A stretch of 64,000 nt of DNA from an uncultured Anaerolinea sp. (GTDB taxonomy: Bacteria > Chloroflexota > Anaerolineae > Anaerolineales > Anaerolineaceae). Of the stretch, positions 58,342 through 64,000 are shown piece after piece. Both the position numbers and the translations under genes were made by a program. The notes beneath the pieces were generated by a model. It was not told where the DNA came from and did no database searches. It worked only from the letters and a program-made list of their open reading frames with translations. Every line of letters starts with the position of its first letter. Position 1 is the first letter of the stretch. The stretch lies in assembly GCA_964453115.1 (NCBI GenBank), contig CAYVRT010000012.1:33264-97263 (forward strand), read 5' to 3'.

Positions 58342-60045
58342 TTACCTGCCACCGCCGGCACAGGCGCAGGCACAGCCGGCGCATGCACAGGCACAGGCGC
58401 AAGACCGTCCACTGCCGCCGCCGCCCCGTCCACGCGACGAGCCACTGCTGCTGCTGGTTGTTTGTGGAACGGGATTGGTGCGGTTGGTGATGCCGCTGGT
58501 GAAACTGGTCACATCGCCCACAATATCGGAGGAAAGGTTCTGAACGCTGTTAACGACGCGTGCGGCAAAATCGGAGCCGGGCAGGTGAGGCAGACTGGTG
58601 GGAGCGCTGGAAGCTGCTGCTCCGCCGCCCTGGAAGGCGGCTGGTGCTGCGCCGCTGATGGGGCGGGCAAAGGTTGGGTCGAGCCGTGACCACCAATTGG
58701 GAATGTAGACCGGGCTGCTGGTGAAGACTTCGCGGGTACGGCGGTCATAATCACGGTCGAGCATCGTCCAGCCAAGCAGTTCATCGTAACGCTGGCTCTT
58801 AACTTCGGGAGTGTTGGCTGCCTCGACCTGTTCCCATGCCTTTGCCATGATGCTTTTGTAATATTCGAGAGTTTCTTTGCGGCTGAAGCCTTTCATCTTT
58901 TCGCCCACGCTTTTGACCAGTGCGACGACCATGGATTGAAGGGCCTTTTGGCGTGCTGTGCCCTCTTTTTCTTTGAACGCATCCAAAAATTCGATTTCGT
59001 AGGGTTGGAGCGTTTCGGGCAGCGGGTCAGAGCGTTCCAGGGTTAGAGGTTTGGGACTGGTGATGGTTGCGGCACCTTTCTTCAGAATGCTGAAGAGTGT
59101 CATTGTCAGGACTTTGTCGAGTGGTTGCTCCATCAGGATGGCAGCCTCGATGGCGGTCAGGCCGCGCTTGATGCCGTGTCCTTCAACTGAGATGCGGGGG
59201 GGCATGTATTGCAGGCGGCGCTTTTTGGCTGCCTGAGCACTGGTGATGCTGATGAAGGCGATGAAGCCAGCAAATCCGGCACAACAGCCAACCGAAAGGG
59301 CTGTATCCGTGTCAATGCCCAGGCTATCCCACAGTGTTGGGCGTTTGAGAACGCCCTCTGGCAGGATGCGCGCCGGAAAGGAGGCACCAAAACGGTATTT
59401 GCTGATGGTGTTGGCCTCTGTGCTGCGCCAGCGATAAAAAACATTGCCTTGCTGGTCGTAGCCCGATTCGGGCTCGGCAGCCCCGGGCCAGCCAGAGGGG
59501 GTAAAGTAGCGTGGCTCTTCTGGTTCAATGCCGGGGGGGAGGTGCAGGGTGAGGGTGTAATCGGTATTTCCGGTAACCAGGCTGGAGTCAAAATAATTGG
59601 GCTGGAAGTTGAAACTGGCATAGTCTTGGTTGTTGACTGGTTTGGTGAAGAACAGCATACCTTGAATGTCCGTGATTCGGGCATGGAAGGTGCCTTTTTT
59701 GCCGGGGGGAATCGAGTTGGTGCCCAGGCCAAAGGCAATGCCGTTATCAATGTAGGTTGAGGTGCTGATATCGGTGATCTTTTTCCCGTTTACATCGGCG
59801 CTGGCATTGGATGTGCTGTATTGACGGGTGGGCATGCCAATATCCACATACTCGATTGCTGCGCCGCTGGGTTGGTTGGCGAAGACGTAGACGTAATCTA
59901 GCGTGGCGGTGCCATCGGCCTGGATGTACAGGTGAACATCGGCGCGTTCAACGGCAAAGTAATAGGATTGAGCAGAGGCGCGAACAAACGAACCGGCCAG
60001 AGCAAACAAAATTAAAAAGATAGATAACCAACGAATGAGGCGCAT
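58342..60045 (-). CDS. DUF2207-like single-pass membrane protein with C-terminal Gly/Ser-rich and (Cys-Ala)n tail (operon gene B)
   Basis: 567 aa from the ATG at 60045 (GGGAG 6 nt upstream). Signal peptide MRLIRWLSIFLILFALAGSFVRASA. Ectodomain start YYFAVERADVHLYIQADGTATLDYVYVF is DUF2207-like. TM ALSVGCCAGFAGFIAFISITSA. The RGLTAIEAAILMEQPLDKVLTMTLFSILKKGA and LQPYEIEFLDAF segments are also DUF2207-like. It ends ...SSSSGSSRGRGGGGSGRSCACACACAGCACACAGGGR. Confidence 0.75.
   Translation of the reverse strand: MRLIRWLSIFLILFALAGSFVRASAQSYYFAVERADVHLYIQADGTATLDYVYVFANQPSGAAIEYVDIGMPTRQYSTSNASADVNGKKITDISTSTYIDNGIAFGLGTNSIPPGKKGTFHARITDIQGMLFFTKPVNNQDYASFNFQPNYFDSSLVTGNTDYTLTLHLPPGIEPEEPRYFTPSGWPGAAEPESGYDQQGNVFYRWRSTEANTISKYRFGASFPARILPEGVLKRPTLWDSLGIDTDTALSVGCCAGFAGFIAFISITSAQAAKKRRLQYMPPRISVEGHGIKRGLTAIEAAILMEQPLDKVLTMTLFSILKKGAATITSPKPLTLERSDPLPETLQPYEIEFLDAFKEKEGTARQKALQSMVVALVKSVGEKMKGFSRKETLEYYKSIMAKAWEQVEAANTPEVKSQRYDELLGWTMLDRDYDRRTREVFTSSPVYIPNWWSRLDPTFARPISGAAPAAFQGGGAAASSAPTSLPHLPGSDFAARVVNSVQNLSSDIVGDVTSFTSGITNRTNPVPQTTSSSSGSSRGRGGGGSGRSCACACACAGCACACAGGGR
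58357..58401 (-). repeat. imperfect (TGY-GCN)n codon repeat encoding CACACACAGCACACA
   Basis: Codon-by-codon reading of 58345-58404 on the minus strand shows 7 Cys alternating with Ala/Gly. The same DNA produces AQAQAQ and LCLCM strings in other frames of the ORF track. Confidence 0.9.
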
Positions 60046-60068
60046 AGAGGGCTCCCTTCGGGCGAAAC

Positions 60069-60449
60069 TTACCACTTTGGTTCTTCACTAATTTGATAGG
60101 TCGTTTTGCAATAGGGGCAGCTGACCATCGCGGCACCGTTGACGACTTTGATGTCATCGCCGGAGAGAACGCCACCGCAAGACTGACATTTGATCGTTTC
60201 CATGGCAACTTTGCCGGGGAGGTCAATTTTCAGGGTCACCTGTTGGGCCGCGGCGGGCGCTGCCGGGGTGAGAAAACGCAAGGCAACAAAAATAAGGACG
60301 AAACTGATCCCAACCAAAATTAACCCGGTCAGGATGAGGCCGCCTGGCGTGCCTTGCGCTTCGGGGCTGAAGGCGGCGAGAATGAACAACACACCAAACA
60401 GCAGCAGAATGGCTGCAACAATCAGGGCGATGATTTTGAGAACTTTCAT
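60069..60449 (-). CDS. two-TM protein with C-terminal zinc ribbon (operon gene A)
   Basis: 126 aa. GGAGG 7 nt upstream of the ATG at 60449. TMs IIALIVAAILLLFGVLFILAAF and LILTGLILVGISFVLIFVALRF. C-terminal CQSCGG...CPYC. Confidence 0.7.
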   Translation of the reverse strand: MKVLKIIALIVAAILLLFGVLFILAAFSPEAQGTPGGLILTGLILVGISFVLIFVALRFLTPAAPAAAQQVTLKIDLPGKVAMETIKCQSCGGVLSGDDIKVVNGAAMVSCPYCKTTYQISEEPKW

Positions 60450-60544
60450 CAGAATACCTCCGAGGATACATATAGTTTAGCATATTCTGGAAAAAACACT
60501 GTAGCAGATTTTGTTTTCTCTTCCCAACACATCGAGAGCGCTGC

Positions 60545-60573
60545 TTGACGTGCCGTTCCGGAAAGAGTATCAT
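60545..60573 (+). promoter_or_regulatory. candidate sigma-70 promoter for the cyclase-ATPase-TPR gene
   Basis: TTGACG (60545-60550), 17-nt spacer, TATCAT (60568-60573), about 43 nt upstream of the ATG at 60616. It lies in the 166-bp divergent intergenic region shared with the rSAM operon. Confidence 0.45.
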
Positions 60574-60615
60574 TTCTTCGTGTGGCAATCAGAAAAACAG
60601 AAAGAGCCCTGTTCT

Positions 60616-63600
60616 ATGAAAAATCTTGTCCCGCTTTTCATTCAACAACAATACCGGCGGCGTTGCTTTGCTGGGCAGATGCAAGCTGCCAGTATGTTTG
60701 TGGATATTTCTGGCTTTACGCGCATGACCGATGCGCTGATGCAGCATGGCAAAGAGGGTATTGAGACACTTTCTGATATTCTTGGTTATATTTTCGACCC
60801 AACCGTTCGCAGTATTTATGCTGCTGGTGGTTTCATTTCTACCTATGCTGGAGATGCATTCACGGCGCTTTTTCCAGCTTGTGCAGATTCCAACCAGGCG
60901 GCGCTGCGTGCCCTTTCCGCCGCACAGGAAGTTGCCCGTTTTTTTCAAACAGGCGGTGTATATGCTTCGGCACTGGGGCAGTTTTCCTTTTCGGCGAAAA
61001 TTGGGCTGGGTTTTGGGGAGGTAGAGTGGGAGATTTTGGGGGATGAGGGTTCTCGGTTGTTTTATTTTCGCGGCGATGCAATAGATGCTTGTGCGCAGGC
61101 TGAGCATTATGCCGAGTCGGGTGAACTTTGGGCCGAGCAAACCTTTTTGGCACAGGCGGCACTGAGCAGCCCTAGCCGGACGCAGGGCCGTTTTGCGCCG
61201 ATTGCAACCTTCCTGGAGCAGCAGAATGCGCATCTGGAGATGGAACCACTCCTCTTTTCTGAGCAGGAAATGCGCTTGTTTGGTGGCGAAGACGAGTTTC
61301 AGTTCCCGGAAGGTGAGTTTCGTGAGGTTGTTTCAGTCTTTATTGCCTGGGAACATTTGCCACATTTGGCTGATTTTGTCTATTCTGCATTGCAATTGCA
61401 GCAGCGTTATGGGGGCAGCCATTTGCAGTTGGATTTTGGCGACAAGGGCAGCAAGATGTGGCTGTTCTTTGGTGCCCCAGTGACGCATGAAAATAAGGAA
61501 GAACGAGCATTACAATTCATTACCGAACTCTGGCGGCAGATGCCGACTTCTGCGCGGGCAAGGGCTGGAATGACACGCGGGGTCGTATATGCTGGTTTTT
61601 ATGGCGCAGCTTTGCAGCAGGCTTTTTCTGGTCTGGGCAGTGCGGTTAATCAGGCGGCGCGCTTTATGGCGCGAGCGGAGTGGGGGCAGGTTTTGGGTGA
61701 TGCGAACCTGGCAAAAACGCCGGGTTATTCCTTTACCTTTTTGGGCGACTTTGCTTACAAGGGGCGTTCCCAGCTCATCTCAACCTATGCATTGCGCACC
61801 GATTCTGTATCAGTTGAGCCGCCGCCGCACCTGTTGCAATCTTTGCATTTGCTCATTGGCCGTCAGAGTGAATTGCAATTCTTGCACAATGCCTTGCAGC
61901 CGCTTCAAATGGGGCAATTTGGCGGTGTGCTATATGTGGATGGCGAAGCAGGGCTGGGTAAAAGCCATTTGCTTCAGGCTTTCAGGCAGCAAATCTCCCA
62001 ATTCCAATGGTTTGTTTTGCCCTGTGATGAGGTGCTGCGCAAAAGTCTCAATCCATTGGTGTATTTCTTGAAACAATATTTTGAGCAAAGAGAAGGCGAT
62101 TCTTTGGAGCAGAATCAGCAGCATTTTGAAGAGCATTTCAATCATCTCTTTCAGCAAGTGCGTGACCCTGATTTGAAACGGGACTTGAAACGAGGTCGCT
62201 CTTTTTTGGCGGCTTTGTTGCAACTTCCTGAGGAAGACAGCCTCCGACAATTGGACGCACAAGCCCGTTATGAAAGCACCCTCGATGCCTTGAAAGTGCT
62301 CATCAAGGCTGAAAGTGCCCGGAAGCCGGTTGTTCTTTTCCTGGAAGACGCTCATTGGGTAGATCCCGACTCGCTGGAGTTCTTTCGTTATCTGACCCGG
62401 AATGTGGAAGCAAGCCCCTTCTTGTTGCTGACAGCTTGTCGCTATCAGGATGATGGCGCACTTTTTCACCTTGCTTTGGATGCAGAGGTCCCGGTGCAGC
62501 GTTTGACATTGAGGCCGCTTGCGATGGCGGAAGCGGAAAAGCTGATTGCCTTTACGCTGAAGCAACCCAATTTGCCTGTGCCTTCAACAACGCTGGCCTT
62601 CATTCATCAGCGCAGCGCTGGCAACCCATTTTTTATTGAGCAAATCAGCCTGTATTTGAAAGAAAATCGGTTGTTGGATGATCAAAATAACCTGGATGAG
62701 CGTGTGATCAGCGGTCAGGCTGAATTGGAAATACCCAACACCATCAATGCCATTCTGGTGGCGCGCATAGATCGCCTGGCCGTTGAACTGAAGAAAATTG
62801 TCAAAACAGCTTCGGTGTTGGGGCAGGAATTCGCCGCAAGCATTCTTTCCACTATGTTGCAAAAGACAGGCGACTTGCCAGCAAAAACGCTGCAGCGCTA
62901 TTTGGTTGCTGGGGAAGAGCAGACCATCTGGCAGGCGCTTTCTGAATTGCGGTATATCTTCAAACATGCTTTGATCCGCGATGCGGTTTATGGCATGCAG
63001 CTGAAAAAACAACTGCGCGCTTTGCATCGGCTGGCTGGCGAAACGATCGAAGAACTTTTTCGTCAAGATTTGAAACCCTACTATGTGGATCTGGCTGAGC
63101 ATTATGAAAAGGCGGCCCTGCCTGAAAAAGCCATTCTCTATCTTACCCTGGCTGGACAGGATGCCCTCGAGTCCTACCGCAATCAGCAAGCGGTTGCACT
63201 CTACGAACGGTTGCTCAAGCATCCGCTTGAAGCTGAGGCGGAATTGCAAGCCTGGGAAGCCAAAGGACGGGCGCAACGTATGGCGGGGGATTGGGACGGG
63301 GCAAAACAAACCTGTGCGCGGATGCTAGAGCGTGCTGAAGCGCTTGCTGAACCGCATTGGCAGGCAAAAGCTGCCAATGCTCTGGCTTATTTCTTGCTTG
63401 CGCATGGGGAGATAGATCGGGCATTTGCGGTGGCAAAGCGCGCCCAAACACTGTCCATTCAAATCGGCGACCGCTTTGAGCAGGCGCAGGCACTGCGCAA
63501 CCTGGGGCTTGTTTGCATCAAGACCGGTGAATGGGAGCAGGCGCGGCAGATCCATACTGAACTGCTGGCATTGGCAAAGGAGATTGACGACCTGAACTCG

Positions 63601-64000
63601 ATTGTTTCGGCATTGTTTCAGTTGCGAGAACATTTGTTGGAAGAAGGCAATCTGGTTGCCGAATTTGAAACGTACCTGCGTCGTGCCGAAGAGAAAAAAG
63701 ATTTGCGTTTGATGAGTGTGATTTTGTTTTATATCGGGGATGTGTATCTGCTGCAGCGTAATTATGCCGCTGCCGAGCAGACCAATCGTCGGATGTATGA
63801 AATTGTTGATCAAATTGGGGATAAGCAGGGCATGTGCTATGCCATTGGTGACCGAGGCATTGTGCTTTCGGAGATCGGCCGGTTTGAAGAAGCGATTGAA
63901 TGCTACCGCGAAAAACTTGTTCTGGCGCGTGAAATTGGCGATGGCTATAATATTTGGGAGGGGCTTTTCAATTGGGCGTCAGCAGAAACGTTTCAAGCAC
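60616..64000 (+). CDS. multidomain regulator: tandem class III nucleotidyl cyclase domains + P-loop NTPase + TPR repeats (3' end beyond window)
   Basis: Not in the ORF track because no stop falls inside the window. I translated frame 60616+3n by eye to 64000 and saw no stop (1128 codons). Motifs: SMFVDISGFT and YAGDAFTALF (domain 1), GSAVNQAARF (domain 2), Walker A GEAGLGKS (61942-61965), LFLEDAHWVD (Walker B-like), then TPR-like repeats (ALRNLGLVCIKTGEWEQA, IGDRGIVLSEIGRFEEAIECY). Confidence 0.85.
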   Translation, partial: MKNLVPLFIQQQYRRRCFAGQMQAASMFVDISGFTRMTDALMQHGKEGIETLSDILGYIFDPTVRSIYAAGGFISTYAGDAFTALFPACADSNQAALRALSAAQEVARFFQTGGVYASALGQFSFSAKIGLGFGEVEWEILGDEGSRLFYFRGDAIDACAQAEHYAESGELWAEQTFLAQAALSSPSRTQGRFAPIATFLEQQNAHLEMEPLLFSEQEMRLFGGEDEFQFPEGEFREVVSVFIAWEHLPHLADFVYSALQLQQRYGGSHLQLDFGDKGSKMWLFFGAPVTHENKEERALQFITELWRQMPTSARARAGMTRGVVYAGFYGAALQQAFSGLGSAVNQAARFMARAEWGQVLGDANLAKTPGYSFTFLGDFAYKGRSQLISTYALRTDSVSVEPPPHLLQSLHLLIGRQSELQFLHNALQPLQMGQFGGVLYVDGEAGLGKSHLLQAFRQQISQFQWFVLPCDEVLRKSLNPLVYFLKQYFEQREGDSLEQNQQHFEEHFNHLFQQVRDPDLKRDLKRGRSFLAALLQLPEEDSLRQLDAQARYESTLDALKVLIKAESARKPVVLFLEDAHWVDPDSLEFFRYLTRNVEASPFLLLTACRYQDDGALFHLALDAEVPVQRLTLRPLAMAEAEKLIAFTLKQPNLPVPSTTLAFIHQRSAGNPFFIEQISLYLKENRLLDDQNNLDERVISGQAELEIPNTINAILVARIDRLAVELKKIVKTASVLGQEFAASILSTMLQKTGDLPAKTLQRYLVAGEEQTIWQALSELRYIFKHALIRDAVYGMQLKKQLRALHRLAGETIEELFRQDLKPYYVDLAEHYEKAALPEKAILYLTLAGQDALESYRNQQAVALYERLLKHPLEAEAELQAWEAKGRAQRMAGDWDGAKQTCARMLERAEALAEPHWQAKAANALAYFLLAHGEIDRAFAVAKRAQTLSIQIGDRFEQAQALRNLGLVCIKTGEWEQARQIHTELLALAKEIDDLNSIVSALFQLREHLLEEGNLVAEFETYLRRAEEKKDLRLMSVILFYIGDVYLLQRNYAAAEQTNRRMYEIVDQIGDKQGMCYAIGDRGIVLSEIGRFEEAIECYREKLVLAREIGDGYNIWEGLFNWASAETFQA

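Noticed and set aside
58220-58689. Plus-strand ORFs with AQAQAQ / Gly-Ala-rich strings (58220..58543, 58273..58689, 58290..58490)
   Set aside because: These are frame and strand shadows of the Cys-Ala/Gly-Ser codon repeat at the 3' end of gene B. They have no independent coding evidence.
60223-60588. 121-aa minus-strand ORF considered as a possible precursor peptide for the maturase
   Set aside because: It overlaps gene A in another frame, has no RBS, and its translation is Arg/His/Cys-rich without any leader-core organisation.

Overview
This 64-kb window is a densely packed, moderately GC-rich bacterial chromosome segment. I call about 58 protein genes and one tRNA. I see no rRNA, CRISPR array, transposase or integrase. 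Most of the content is housekeeping: ruvX-mltG, a glycogen block (glgA-glgC-malQ), ftsH, efp, ffh-rpsP-KH-rimM-dprA, topA, greA, trxB, hemW, sodA, aspA and miaA. There is also a mevalonate block (isopentenyl phosphate kinase, mevalonate kinase, UbiA prenyltransferase) and cell-envelope genes (M23 peptidase, TolB-like protein, LysM protein, L,D-transpeptidase, two tandem CapA-like lipoproteins). The gene set points to a Chloroflexota-like organism: bacterial isopentenyl phosphate kinase, zinc-ribbon/LysM and Pro/Thr-linker envelope proteins, and an extra N-terminal zinc ribbon on TopA. This assignment is inference only. The ORF track uses ATG/GTG/TTG and always takes the longest ORF, so I trimmed many 5' ends to internal starts that have a ribosome-binding site or a start/stop overlap with the upstream gene. 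The stand-out region is a six-gene, translationally coupled minus-strand operon (60449 to 53520). In transcription order it encodes: (A) a 2-TM zinc-ribbon protein; (B) a DUF2207-like membrane protein whose C-terminus is an alternating (Cys-Ala)n tail; (C) a maturase with a PqqD-like domain, a radical SAM core and a SPASM domain, starting 2 nt after that tail; (D) a large polytopic membrane protein; (E) a paralogue of the maturase that has lost every Fe-S cysteine; and (F) a SAM methyltransferase. No small precursor gene is visible. I propose a protein-tail modification system that matches no named RiPP or cofactor pathway I know. Divergent from this operon is a >1128-aa ORF that runs off the window end and is therefore missing from the ORF track. 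It has two complementary class III cyclase domains, a P-loop ATPase and TPR repeats, and its GC content is visibly lower. Other notable items are an exact 117-bp direct repeat (132-bp period) that duplicates the 3' end of tRNA-Pro(GGG) together with its terminator, and an amidohydrolase-CYTH fusion.
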